Below are positions 46,819 to 62,690 of a DNA stretch of 64,000 nt, piece after piece; the first letter of the stretch is position 1; every line of letters starts with the position of its first letter. Made by a program: the position numbers and the translations under genes. The notes beneath the pieces are model-generated. The model saw nothing but the letters and a program-made list of their open reading frames with translations, searched no databases and was not told the origin of the DNA. This DNA is from the human T2T-CHM13v2.0 reference genome, Homo sapiens: the NCBI RefSeq assembly GCF_009914755.1, contig NC_060947.1; one strand, written 5' to 3'.

Positions 46819-48080
46819 TCAAAACAGTTTTAAAAAAATCAAACGAATAATCTAATGTTGCATCCTAAAGAATTAGAAACACAAAAGCAAACTAAATCCA
46901 AAATTAATAGATGCAAAGAATTAATATCTGAGCAAAAATAAATAAAATTAAAATTAAAATTCCATACAAAAGATCAACAAAACAAAAAGTTGGTTATTTG
47001 AAAAGATAAGCAAAATTGAAAAACCTTTAGCCAGACTAAGAAAGGACCCAAACTAAGAGACTAAGAGAAGACCCAAATAAATAAAATCATAGATGAAAAG
47101 GGAGACATTACAACTGATACTTCAGAAATTCAAAGGATCATTAGAGGCTACCTTGAGTAACTATATACTAATAAATTCGAAAAGCTATGAGAAATGGATA
47201 AATTCCTAGACACAACCTATTAAGATTGAACCATGAGGAAATCCAAAACCAGAGCAGACCAATAACAAGTGATGAGATTGAAGTCGTAATAAAAATCTCC
47301 CAGCAAAGAAAAGCCCAGGACCCGATGACTTCACTGCTGAATTTTACCACACATTTAAATAAGAAATAATATCAATCCTACTCAAACTATTTTGAAACAT
47401 TTAAAGAAGTAATAGTAGCAATCCTACGCAAACTATTCTGACAAGTAGATGAGGAGGCAATACTTCCAACCTCATTCTATGAGGTCAGTATTACTCTGAT
47501 ACCAAAACTAGACAAAGACACACAATGGAAGAAAACTACAGCCCAATATTCCTGACAAATATTGATGTAAAAATCATTAAAAAAATTCTAGCCAACTGAA
47601 TTCAACAACACATTAAAAGGCCATTCATCATGACCAAATGGGATTTATCCTAGTGATGCAATGATGGTGTAACATATGCAAATCAATCAATGTCCCACAC
47701 CATGTTACTAGACAGGACAAAAACTGTATGATCATTTAGTTTGTTGCTGAAAAATGATTTAGTAATATCGCACAACTCTTCATGATAAAAACTCTCAAAA
47801 ACCTGGCTATAGAAAGAACATATCTCAACACAATAAAAGACGTATATGAAAGACCCACATCTAGGATCATACCGAATGGGAAAAACTAAAAGCCTTTTCT
47901 TCAAGATCTGGAACATGACAATGATGTCCTCTTTCACCACTATTATTCACTGTAGTACTGGGAGACTTTGTTAGGGCAATCAGAAAAGAGAAATAAATAA
48001 ACAGCATGAAAATTGGAAAGAAAAAAGTCAAATCTTGTTTGCAGATGATATGGCCTTATATTTGAAAAATCCTAAAGACT

Positions 48081-48480
48081 TGATTTGTCCCCACCCAAAA
48101 TTTTACATTGGGTGGGGGCTGTGTCCCCACCCAAAATTTTACATTGAATTGTAATCCCCATAATCCCCACTTGTCAAGGGTGGGACCAGGTGGAGGTAAT
48201 CGGATCATGGGGGTGGTTTCCCCCAGGTGTTCTCGGATGGTGAGTGGGTTTCATGATATCTGATGGTTTTATACGCATCTGGCATTTCCTCTCCTTGCAC
48301 TCAGTCTGTCCTGCTGCCCTGTGAAGAAGGTGCCTGCTTCTCCTTTGCCTTCCGCTGTGATTGTAAGTTTCCTGAGGCATCCCTAGAAATGTGGAACTGT
48401 TAGTAAATTAAACCTCACTCCTTTATAAATTACCCAGTCTCAGGCAGTTCCTTATAGCAGTGTGAGAACTGATTAATACA
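48081..48480 (+). mobile_element. THE1D-like solo LTR in L1MA ORF2
   Basis: cccataatccccac...ccctgtgaagaaggtgcctgc...ttaataca; TSD ag(a/g)ct. Confidence 0.88.
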
Positions 48481-48793
48481 AGGCTCCACAAGAAAACTAT
48501 TAGAATTGATAAATTCAGTAAAGTTGTAGGATTCAAAATCAACATACAAAAATCAGTAACATTTCTATATGTCATCAGCAAACAATCTGAAAAAAATCAA
48601 AGAAGTAATCCCATTTACAATTGCTACAAATAAAATTAAATACCTAGGAATTTATTTAACCAAAAATGTGTAAGGTCTCTACAAGGAAAGCTATAAAACA
48701 TTGAGGAAAAAATGGAAGAGTACCCCCAAAATCAAAAGGTATTTTATATTTGTGGATTTGAAGAAATCATATTGCTAAAATGTCCATAGTACC

Positions 48794-48903
48794 CAAAGCA
48801 ATCTACAGATTCAATGCAAACCCTATCAAAACACCAATGTCATTCTTCAAAGCAATCTACAGATTCAATGCAAACCCTATCAAAACACCAATGCCATTCT
48901 TCA
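48794..48903 (+). repeat. 54-bp tandem duplication in L1MA ORF2
   Basis: caaagcaatctacagattcaatgcaaaccctatcaaaacaccaatg(t/c)cattctt twice. Confidence 0.95.
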
Positions 48904-49528
48904 CGAAAAAAGAATTAAAAAACTATCTTAAAATTTACATAGAGCAAATAAAGACCCAAAATAGCCAAAGCTATTCTGGGCAAAAACAATAGAACTGGAG
49001 AAATTACATTACCTGGCTTAAAATTACACTACAAGGCTATATTAACGAAAATGTCATGGTACTGGTATAAAAAGAGAAATATATATCAATGGAACAGAAT
49101 AGATAACCCCAAAATAAATCCATACACCTACAGAGAACTCATTTTCAACAAAGTTCCAAGAACACACATTGAGAAAGGGACTGTCTCTTCAGTAAATATT
49201 GTTGGGAAAACTGGGTATTCATATGGAGAAGAATGACACTAAGCCCCTATCTCTTGCCATATACAAAAAGCAAATCATAATGGATTGAAAACTTAAATTT
49301 GTGACATCAAACTATGAAAATTCTAAAATAAAATATTCAGAAAACTCTCCAGGACATTGGGCTGGGCAATGATTTCTTGAGTAATACCCCACAGGCACAG
49401 ACAATCAAAGCAAAAATGGACAAATGGGATTACATAAAGGTAAAACGCTTCTGCACAGCAAAGGATGTAATCACCCAGGTGAAGAGACAATCTACACAAT
49501 GGGAGAAAATATTTTCAAACTACTCATC

Positions 49529-50118
49529 GGTGATAATTAATATTAGATGTCAACTTGATTGGATTGAGGAATGCCTAGATGGGCAGTAAAGTGTTCTATG
49601 TGGGTGTGTCTGTGAGGGTGTTGCCAGAGGAGATTAATATTTGAGTTGGTGGACTGGGAGAGGAAGACCCAACCTCAATGTGAGTGGGGGCCATCCAATC
49701 AGTTGCCAGTGCAGTTAGAAGAAAGCAGGCCAAAGGAAGGTGGCATAAGCTTGCTTGCTGAGTCTTCTGGCTCTCTTTTTCTTCTTTCCCTGCCAGACAT
49801 GTGCTTGCTTCTGTTCATCCTGCCCTTGGACATCAGACTCCGGGTTCTTCAGACTTGGATTCTGAGACTTGCACCAGCAGCTTCTTAGGGTCTCTCAAGC
49901 CCTTGGATGCAGATTGAATGTTGCAATGTTGCCTTCCTTGGTTTTGAGGATTTTGGACATGGACTGAGCAACTACTGTCTTCTTTCTTTCCCCATATTGC
50001 AGACGGTCTATCTCGGGACTTTGCTCTGTAATTGTGTGAGCCAATTCTCCCTAATAAACTCCCTTTTATAAAACAAGTATGTCCTATTGGTTCTGTCCCC
50101 CTGAAGAACTCTAATATA
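49529..50118 (+). mobile_element. MLT2A (HERV-L) solo LTR in L1MA ORF2
   Basis: gtcaacttgattggattgagg...gtgtctgtgagggtgttgccagagg...tcctattggttctgtcc; flanks tcatc and ctatc. Confidence 0.88.
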
Positions 50119-50212
50119 CTATCTGACAGGGAATTCATAACCAGAGCATAAAAGGAGCTCAAACAACTTTATAGAAAAAAATCTAATAATGTGATTTTAA
50201 AAATGTGCAAAA

Positions 50213-50502
50213 GGCTGGGCATGATGGCTCGTGCCTATAATCCCAGCACTTTGGGAGTCCGAGGCGAGAGGATGACAAGGTCAAGAGATAGAGACCATCC
50301 TGGTCAATATGGTGAAACCTCGTCTCTACTAAAAATACAAAAATTAGCTGGGCGTCGTGGCACCCACCTGTAGTCCCAGCTACTCGGGAGGCTGAGGTAG
50401 GAGAATTGCTTGAACCCGGGTGGAGAGGTTGCAGTGAGCCGAGATCACACCACTGCCTGGTGACAGAGTGAGACTCCATCTCAAAAAAAAAAAAAAAAAA
50501 AA
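50213..50502 (+). mobile_element. AluSc
   Basis: ggtcaagagat.gagaccatcctgg diagnostic; flanks aa(t)gtgcaaaa. Confidence 0.9.
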
Positions 50503-51494
50503 GAGAAAGTGCAAAATATATGTATAGGTATTTCTCAAAAGAAGATATACAGATGACAAACAGGTACATGAAAATGTGCTCAGCATCACTGATTACAGAG
50601 AAATGGAAATAGAAACTACTATGAGATATCAGTTCATCTGGTTTAAAATGGCTTTTAGGCATAAGACAGGCAATAATAAATGCTGCAAGGATTCGGAGGA
50701 AAGAGAACCTTTGTACTCTGTTGGTGGGAATGTAAATGATTACAACCACTATGAAGAACAGTTTGGAGGTTTCTCAAAAGACTAAAAATAGAGCTACCAT
50801 ATGACCTAGGAATGTCACTGCTGCGTATATACCCAAAAGAAAGGAAATCAGTACGTGGGAGAGATATCTATACTACCATGTTTTCTGTAGCACTATTCAC
50901 AATAGCCAAGATTTGGAAGCAACCTAAGTGTCCATCGACAGATGAATGGATAAAGAAAATGTATATATACACAATGGAGTACTATTCAGCAATAAGAAGA
51001 ATGTGATCCTGTCATTTGCAACAACCGGGATGGAATTGGAGGTCATTGTGCTAAGCGAAATAAGGCAGGCACAGAAAGACAAACTTTGAAAGTTCTCACG
51101 TTTTAATGGGAGCCAAAAATTAAAACAATTGAACTCAAGGAGACAGAGAGTAGAATGATGGTTATCAGAAGCTGAGAAGGGTAATGTACAGGGGAATTAG
51201 GTATGGTTAATGGGTACAAAAATATAGTTACATAGAATGAATAACTTCTAGTATTTGATAGCATAACAAGCTGATGTAGTTAACAATAATTTATTACACA
51301 TTTTAAAATAAAAGAGTATAATTGGATTGTTTTTGTAACACAAAGATAAATGTTTGATGTGATGGATACCCCATTTACACTGATATAATTAGTAAGCATT
51401 GTATCCCTGTATCAAAATGTCTCATGTACTCCAAAAATATTTACACTGAGTATGAACCCACAAAAAATTAAACATAAAAAAATCAAATAAAAAT

Positions 51495-53150
51495 GCATGT
51501 ATTTGAATTGAAAGAATATATCAATATAATAAAATGGCCATTTTTCTGAAAGCAATGCACAGATTCAATGCTATTTCTATCAAGCTACCAACGTCATTTT
51601 TCACAGAGTCAAAAATAACTATTCCAAAAATCACAGAAACCAAAAAAGAGTGTGAATACCCAAAGTAATCCTAAACAAAAAGAATAAAGCTGAACATATC
51701 ACATTACCTGACTTCAAACTATAGTATAAGGCTACAGTAACCAAAACAGCATGGTGGTGGTACAAAAACAGATACATACGCCAGTGGAACAGAATGGAGA
51801 ACCTGGAAATAAAGCCACACACATACAGCCACCTATTCTTCGACAAAGTTAACTATAATAAGCAATGGAAAAAGGACTCCCTGTTCCATAAATGGTTCTG
51901 TAATAGCTAGCTTAGCCATATGCAGAATAATTAAACTGGACCCCCTACCTTTAGCCATATACAAAAATTAAGATGGATTAAAGGTTTAAATGTAAGACCC
52001 CCAAACTATAGGAATCCTAGAAGAAAACCTTGGAAACACCATTCTGGACATTGGCCTTGGGAAATAATGTTTGACTAAGTCCTGAAAGGCAATTGCAAAA
52101 AAAAAAAAAAAAATTGAAAACTAGAACCTAATTAAACTAAAGAGTTTTTGCACACCAACAGAAACTATCAACAGCATCAACAGACAACCTACAGAATGGG
52201 AGAAAGCATTTGCAAACTATGCTTCCAATAAAGGTCTAATATCAAAAATCTATAATTAACTTAAACAACAAGCAAAACACAACCCATTAAAACATGGGCA
52301 AAACACATGAATGGACATTTATTGAAAGAACACCTACAATTGGCCAAGAAACATGTGAAAAAAATGCTCCACATCACTCATCGTCAAATCAATACAAGTC
52401 AAAAACACTGGTGTGAGATACCATCTCAGATACCAATTTACACCAATCTGATAGGCTGTTATTATAAAGTTGGAAAACAACAGATGCTGGCAATGCTGCA
52501 GAGAAGAAGGAATGCTTATACGCTGTTGGTGGAAATATGAATTAATTCAGCCACTGTGGAAAGCAGTTGGGAGATTTTTCAAAGAACTTAAAACAGAACT
52601 ACTGTTTGACCCAGCAATCCCATTACTGGTTATATATCCAAAATAAAACAAATAGTTCTACCCAAAAGACACATGCACTGGCAAGGTCATTGCAGCGCTA
52701 TTGACAATAGCAAGGATGTGGAATCAACCTAGGTGCCTATCAATGGTGGATTGGATAAAGAAAATGTAGTATATATACACCATTAAATATTATGCAGCCA
52801 TAAAAAGGAACAACATCATGTCCTTTGCAACAACATGGGTGTAGCTGGAGGCCATTATCCTAAATGAATTAATGCAGGGACAGAAAATCAAATTCCACTT
52901 GTTCTCACTTCTGAATGGGAGCTAAACACTGGGTACTCATGGACATAAGAATGATGACTATAAACACTGGGGACTACTTAGAGAGGGAAGCGAGGGAAGG
53001 TCGCAAGAGTTGAAAAACTGTTGGGTACCATGCTCAGTACCTGGGTGATGGGATCATTTATACCCTAAATCTCAACATCACACAATAAAGTGCTGTAACA
53101 AACCTGCACATATACCCTCGAATCTAAAATAAAAGTTGCAAAAAATAAAA
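51495..53150 (+). mobile_element. L1PB 3' portion
   Basis: ORF2 C-terminal region and L1PB 3' UTR ending aacctgcacatataccctcgaatctaaaataaaagttg. Confidence 0.85.
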
Positions 53151-53274
53151 TTTAAGTAGTCCCTACAAAATTTCCCTCCAAGGAGACTACCCATTTATTT
53201 ATCTTATTCCAAATAGCACACGAGACTAAATGTTCACTCACAGTAGTGTATCTTACTATAATTTAACTATTTTA

Positions 53275-53745
<471 letters not shown>

Positions 53746-53759
53746 ATTATTTGGTGATT

Positions 53760-54730
53760 TGCTGGACAAAAAAAATTATTCTTGTTATTAATTATAATTT
53801 TCCTAATTAATAATTATACTGAGTAAAACTTCAAATACGTATTGTCCATATAACTCTTATGAAATGTTCTTATGACTTTTACCTGTTTTCCTACTGAATT
53901 GATTGCCTTTGTATTTAGGTTGTTAGAAGCTCTGTATATATTCTGGATATTAATACTTTGGCTGTAGTTTATGTTTACATATTTTCTCTTAGCTTTCCAC
54001 TTATATTTTACTTTATGGCATCTGTTGTTAATGGATAAGTGTTTACATTCTCAAATCTGTTGATCACTTCTTGTAGGCTTCAGTGTTTTTTGTCTTGTGG
54101 AAAAAGGTTTGTTCCATCTTAAAACAGTGAAAACATTTTTCAAATTTTTTCAGTATGCTTAGTAGTGGGTGTTTTTCATATCCTGATCTTTAATTCATAT
54201 GGAATTTAATTTTTGAATTATCTGAAGAAAGGATCTAATCACACACATAAATCCATGCATATGCATACATATATGTATAAAAAACAGGAAGATAATTGCC
54301 CTATGACCATATAAGTATTTTATTCATCACTGATTTATTATGCAGCGAATTCTTCTGTATATCTGTGTTTGTTTTTAGACTTTATTTTCTGTTCTACTGA
54401 TTTACTTTTCTATTCCTTTGCCAGTGGTACTGTCTTTTATTATAATTTTATAGATAGGGCAACTCTCCAACAACCATTGTGTCATATGTAATGTCCTTTC
54501 TATTCTCATTAGTTTTTTTTCAAACAGGTTTTTGAGTGAAGTTCTACCACAAAAACGCTCGTTTTTTAAAAATTAGGATTGCATTGAATTTATGGATTAT
54601 CTCTACTTATTTCCCTTTCTCATCCCTATTGTTGTATATCTGTACATTCATTTGGTCTTCTCACATTCTCCAATCTTTCTCTAACCTTTCATTTAGATTT
54701 CAGGAGTGTTCATCAATATTATTGATTAAA
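53760..54730 (-). mobile_element. Ancient L1ME ORF2 fragment
   Basis: gctctgtatatattctggatattaat..., ctttattttctgttctactgattt..., ggattgcattgaatttatggatta. Confidence 0.6.
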
Positions 54731-54978
54731 AAACTGGCTTTTGCACAAGCAACAAATACAAAAATAGATGAATTGGACTACATCAAAATGTAAACCTTCT
54801 GTGCATCAAAGGACACAATGAACAGAGTGAATAGGCAAACTAAGGAATGGGAGAAAACATTTGCCAATCATATTACTGATAGTGGGTAAATATCTAGAAT
54901 GTATAAAGAACTCTTAAAACTCAACATCAAAAACACAAATAACCTAATTAAAAAGAGGTTTTTAATATATATTAAAAA

Positions 54979-55376
54979 CCTATGGTTTGAATGTTTGGTC
55001 CCCTCCAAAACTTGTGTTTTGGAAATACAATAACCAAAATAACAGTGTTGGAGGTGAGCCATAATGAGAGGTGTTTAGATAATGAGGGCTTTACCCTCAT
55101 GAATGGATCAATGCTGAAATAAAATTGGCTTTTAGGAGTTGATGCACCATCTTCCACTTTTCTGCCATGTGAGGATCAGTGTTTATTCCTTATGAAGGGC
55201 AGTGCTCAGGGCACCATATTGAAAGTGGAGATGTGGTCCTTACCTGACAACTGAACCTACCAGTCCCTTGATCTAGGTATTCCAGCCTTCAGAACCGTGA
55301 GTAAATAAATTTCTGTTCTTTATAAATTACTCGGTCTGTGGTATTCTTCTATAGCAACATGAAACTGATGAAGACA
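54979..55376 (+). mobile_element. MSTC/MSTD-like LTR
   Basis: tatggtttgaatgtttggtcccctccaaaact...ccctcatgaatggat...gaagaca. Confidence 0.75.
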
Positions 55377-56067
55377 CACTTGTATAGAAATTTATCCAAA
55401 GGATATACTAATGGCCAATAAGCACCTGAAAAGTTGTTCAGCATTACTAATCATTAGGGAAATTCAAGTGAAAAAGTACAATGAGACATTACCTCACACC
55501 CATTAGAATGGCTATCAAAAAGCAAAACAAAAACAAAAACAAAACAGAAAATAACAAGCATTGGCAAGGAATTAAAATCGTTGTGCACCATTGGTGGAAA
55601 TGTAAAACAGCTGCCACTATGGAAAACATTATGATGATTCCTCAAAAAGAAAGAAAGAAAACAGAACTACACTATAATCTAGAAATTCCACTTCTTAGAA
55701 TATACCCCAAGGAATTGAAAGCAGAGCCTTGAGGAGATATTTATCCACTCGTGTTCATAGGAGCATTCTTCACATTAGGCAAAAGGAGGAAGCAACCCAA
55801 GTATTCATCAGTAAATGAATGGATAAAACAAAATACAGAATGTACATACAATGAAATATTATTCAGCCTTAAAAAGGAAGGGAATTCTGACACATGTTAC
55901 AACATAGATGGACCTTGAGGACATTAAGCTAAGTGAAATAGCCAGTCACAAAATGACATATATGTATGATTCATCTTATCAGTGATATCGAGTGGTTAAA
56001 TGCATTGAAAGAGAAAGGAGAATGGTGGTTTCTAAAAGCTAGTGGAATTAAAAAATGGGAATTTGTT

Positions 56068-56372
<305 letters not shown>

Positions 56373-56729
56373 AAATGGGAGCTTGTTTAATATGTATAGA
56401 GTTGCAGTTCTCAAAGATGAAAAAGTTCTGAAGTTAGATTGCAAAGAATGTGAGCATACTTAATGCTCTTAAAATGTACACTTCATCACAATCTTTAAGA
56501 ACTAGCTTTTGGCTTTATTAATCAAGTCTATGTTTTTAATGTTCTCTATTTTTAAATTTTTGCTTTTATTTGTTGTAAGGTCTTCCTTTTGTTTTCCTTG
56601 TATCGATATATTTTTATTAGTGTGTAGAAGGTGGCTGATGGGCTCTCTAGGGTAGTGGCTGGAGTGTGTCAACTGAGGAAGTAGTTGGAGGAGTGTGTCA
56701 ACTGGGAGGCTTCTCTTCAGGACGGGTGA

Positions 56730-57085
<356 letters not shown>

Positions 57086-57315
57086 CTGCTGGTGGAAGAT
57101 TTTTAAGTATTTTTCTCCTCGACAACGTTACTTCAACCATATACACATATCACAACCACACTTGCACACACATGCTTGCTATGGTGGTCTGTAAGTACTG
57201 GAAACCCTTCTTTGCTTCTCTGTCAGATTTCAATACTCTTTTAAGGGGCTCTTTCCAGGCAGATAATTTCTTTTTGGCTTTAGGAAAGAGTCAAATGCCA
57301 GAACTATATGTCACC

Positions 57316-57514
57316 GTGTGTGTGTGTGTGCGCGTGTGTGCGTGCGTGTCTGTGCATCCGTGCGTGCGTGTCTGTGCATGTGTGTGCATGTGTGCGTGTG
57401 TGTGCATGTGTGCGTGCGTGTCTGCGTGTGTGTGTGTGCGTGTCTGAGTGTGTGTGTGCGTGCGTGTGTGTGTGCGTGTGTGTGCGTGCGTGTGTGCCTG
57501 TGTGTGTGTGTGTG
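57316..57514. repeat. Compound (GT)n/(GC)n microsatellite
   Basis: About 200 bp of near-continuous alternating purine-pyrimidine with many CG steps. Confidence 0.95.
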
Positions 57515-57693
57515 TAGCTGTGGGGACTCTTGGGAGAGGATGACCTTCTCTTACATTCTGAATATGCTATATCAATTACCTTGAAAATTATCCCAGAAAT
57601 CTCTCAGGCTCTTTCTATTTGTTTTCTCTGTTCTTGGAGTTTCTCTAATTCTGTCATTGCCATGTAATTTTTTTGTTGTTGTTGGTTTTTTTA

Positions 57694-58104
<411 letters not shown>

Positions 58105-58224
58105 TTAGGCTGTTTTTTTCCCCGTTTTGTTCCTGTATCTTAGACAATTCAATCACATCTATTTTGAGAAGATCCTCACAAATTTTGAGTCTAACATTAA
58201 CTAGTTAAAAATGATGGGCATTTT

Positions 58225-58570
58225 TCCCTCAGTGTCTATTTTCTAGACCGTATGCTAGGTTCTTCATACGCATTATCTCTAACGCTCAAACACTATAGAA
58301 CAGAGGCTTAATGTGGATAGAGACCATAGGATATCTTGGCCACTATGGTTTTCTTAGTGCCCAGCCCAGCTACCAGCACATAGTAGCTACTCAATATATT
58401 TGTTGAAGGAAAGAATGAAAACCCTTTATGATAAATAGCTTTATTACAATTTAACAGATGATGAAATCTTAGCTCAGACAGGTTTATTAGCCTGTTCTAG
58501 GTGGTAAGTACCGAAGACAGGATTAAAATACAGATTTATCTGTCCTAAAGTTGCTCTAATATGCTACAAT
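58225..58570 (-). mobile_element. MIR with an embedded L2 tail fragment
   Basis: acagatgatgaaat.ttagctcagacaggtt is MIR; agcacatagtagctactcaatatatttgttgaa is the L2 tail. Confidence 0.55.
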
Positions 58571-59409
58571 ACTATTATGAGGGGTTCTTTAAGTGCAACT
58601 TTAGAAAGGAGATATGAAGTAATCTTCTGAATCTGACTTGAATTCTGTTTTTTTCTCTATAATGTAGTTGTTTATCAAAATTTGCCCTTGTACATGATGC
58701 AAAACAATAGTCTGTTATCTAGCTCAATGGGCGCTGATTTTAGAGGGGAGAGATATGGCTTTAGAGCAGTTTATATTAACAAAGTGGGAGAATTCTGACT
58801 TATCACAGGTTCAGAAAGTGGCCCCACAGTATGAAATGATCAATGCAAAAACTAAGTTCATTTTAAGGCAAGTATATGAAAGTATGGTGTTCAAGGCAAG
58901 ACCCGCTGTATTCTATCCTAATTAGCTCTCTTCTGAAGAATTCTATTTCTCTCCAGGATATTAGCAAAGCATGTGACATATGAGATGGCAAAGGAGCAGA
59001 TCATGTTTAAAATCTGGCCATGCTCATGCTTTCAATGTATCTTTATTTGTCCCCCCAGACACTGTCTTCCTTTTTTACCTCACCATTCTTTACTATAGAA
59101 AAACTTACTGCCTTGTCTTCCTGTCCACTCTTGCCACTTCAGATCCATCCTGCACACAGCAGCCAGAGTGATATTTCAAAACAAAAATAAGATCTTGCCA
59201 TACCTTTTATTAAAGGCTTTTAATAGCTCCCTGAGGTTCTAAAGATAAAATAGCATTAGAGATGATGCCTTTCATGAACGAGTCATTCCATCCTCTCTAG
59301 CCTCATATCCCATCACTCCCATTTCTCACACTGGGGGATATGACAATGCTGAAATGCTTTTGAGGTACACAATTGAGGTAATTTGATGAATTTAGGTAAT
59401 GCAGTGTAG

Positions 59410-60189
<780 letters not shown>

Positions 60190-60784
60190 TAAGTGTAACT
60201 TTATGCTATGGATCTTAGGGTATAGGTCTCAGAATCCAATTAGATAAATACAATCAATGTGATTATTTTCAAATGTTGATTCATTAAAATTGGCAAATTG
60301 GCTGTATTCCAGAAAATATAAATCTTAATCTAAAATTTTCCTAAATTACAGATGTATTGGAGTTCATTGGCATATGAAAGACAATAGTTACAGGCAGACC
60401 AGAAGGCCTAGGTTTTAAAATCTAGAGATGTAAAATGTTCCTGGATGCATGAGGCAGACTAGCAGTTAGGAAAGGGAGGCCAGCTATGGCAAGGGGGACC
60501 TGGGCTGATCAGGTGGCTCAAGAGTCTGAGAGTTATCACAATAGCATTTCTCAGTTACCTAATCCAAGAGCAAACTTCTCAGTGTTTACTCTGGTTTGAT
60601 TCATGTTCATTATTTGGGTTGTCTTGTCCCCTCTGTATTTTATTGTAGCCAAAAGAAACTACAGGATGTTTCCGGTGAATTTTATTCCTTATTCAGCCAA
60701 TGATAAATAATTAGTCACTAGTTCATTTGTCATTTACTAGGAAACTACAATGTGATAGACACTCTGTTCGGTTCTAAGGTATAT

Positions 60785-61165
60785 TACTCAAAGTGCTAAT
60801 TTTTATAATAAACAGCCTTAAAATATGAGTGGCTTAATTTAATAAAAGTTTAGCTCTTGCTCTGATCAGAGCCTTATGTGGGTCAGTGGAAGAGACTCTT
60901 CTCCATGCAGTCATTCAGTGAGTTGGGCTCCTTTCATTGTGAACTTCACCCACTTTTTGGTCCTTGGAAGCCTCCTTCATTCAGTGGGTAGAATGCAAGA
61001 GAAGTAAGCCAGGCCTGGAAGTGGCACACATCATTGCTACTCACATGCCATTGGCTAACCTCAGTCACTTGGATGCACCTAAACAGAAGGGAAACTGGGA
61101 GATGCAGTTTTCCCGTGATTCTAGAAAGAAGAGAATACACATATTGATGAGCACTAGCAGAGTGG
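60785..61165 (-). mobile_element. MLT1J/K/L-type LTR
   Basis: gtggcttaa...ctccatgcagtcattcag...ggcctggaagtggcacacatca...ccattggc...ctgggagatg. Confidence 0.65.
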
Positions 61166-61260
61166 ACACATGGGGATTATAAAGATTTAGCACTATAGTA
61201 ATATCTTAAGACATTAACATCCGAAACTATGACTTTTAAGAGCACGTAAAAGAAAATCAT

Positions 61261-61600
61261 GGCTGAGTGTGGTGGCTCACACCTGTAATCCCAGCACTTT
61301 GAAAGGCCGAGGTGGGCAGATCACTTGAGGTCAGGAGTTCGAGACCAGCCTGGCCAACATGGCAAAACCCCATCTCTACCAAAAAATATAAAAAATTAGC
61401 CAGGTGTGGTGGCACATGCCTATAATCCCAGCTACTCAGGAGGCTGAAGCAGGAGAATCGCTTGAACTGGGGAGGTGGAAGTTGCAGTGAGCCAAGATCG
61501 GATCACTGCACTCCAACCTGGGTCACAGAGAAAGACTCTGTCTCAAAAATAAAATAAAATAAAATAAAATAAAATAAAATAAAATAAAATAAAATAAAAT
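61261..61600 (+). mobile_element. AluSx/Sz with (AAAAT)n tail
   Basis: gatcacttgaggtcaggagttcgagaccagcctggccaacatgg; (aaaat) repeated about 11 times; flanks aaaatca. Confidence 0.93.
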
Positions 61601-62444
61601 CACAGAATGAGTCCATGGCAAGCATAAAGAACTACAGGAAGCACCATTTTAATTGTTCCAAGAGTAAAGTAGGGTCAAATGCATAAGTGTCATAATTGTC
61701 AATGGATATTTACATAGGTAGACAAGGAAGTCTGTCATCCTTACTTTCCAAATGCCACTTTCCTGGCCTAAAAGTAAGAAACTCAATGAAACAAATCTCT
61801 TTACTAGTCAGTTCTATGTTGGGTAAGCAACTGTCTTTACCAAGTCATGAGCTACATATGCACAAAAGATACAAAGATGAATGGAACCAGTCCCTGCCCT
61901 CAGTCTAGTGAGGAGGCAGGCACAAAGGCAGTAACAGTGGATCCCTCAAGCATGCTCTTCACTTCTGGTCCAGGGACACACTGTCATGTAGGAAGCAAAC
62001 AAGGAAATCATCCCTCTCAGCTTGGGGGACCAGGAATAGCAGAGAGATTGTCATTGGAGCCTTGGAGGAATGTGTGATGTCATGACAGAAAAAGGAGGGT
62101 TACAACAACAATAAAAGTAGAGAGAAAAGTATGCACAAAGTTGTAAGGAAATGAGGGTATGTAGCCTTTATAAGGAATTTCTTGGGAGCTGGTAGCTTAT
62201 TTCAAAATGCCTCAATGGTCCTGAGAAAGACCTTGTAAAACAATTATTTGTTTTGGTGGCAAATGATTTAAAATAGCAACATTTGTATCAATCGTTACAG
62301 ATAAAGACTATTATATATGAGATTCAGGTGATCATCTTAGATTTATTTAGTTTGATTATGGAGCAAGAGTTGTTTTATCATGTCAGTATCTGAACAGCCA
62401 AATAATTTGCAACCCTATTTATGCTATTTCATTTACATTCCTTT

Positions 62445-62690
62445 TATTTAACCTTATGTAACATTCATAATCTGTCAGACATGCCTAGGCACTTTACACA
62501 TATTCACATATTTAAGTCCCTTAACAACCATGTGAGGTAAATACTATTACTATTTTATTCTACATATAAGGAAACTAAGGGTACAGAAATACAAAGTAAG
62601 CTGCTCAAGATTATGCAGCTAGTAAGTGGCATTAGACAAGTTTCAAACCCCAGAAGTCTGGCTCCAGAGTCTGGGCTCTTAATAGCAGAC
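62445..62690 (-). mobile_element. MIR
   Basis: cttaacaaccatgtgaggta...aggaaactaagg...cagctagtaagtggc...gtctggctccagag. Confidence 0.8.

Noticed and set aside
57172-57584. Cys/Val/Ala-rich ORFs
   Set aside because: Translations of the GT/GC microsatellite
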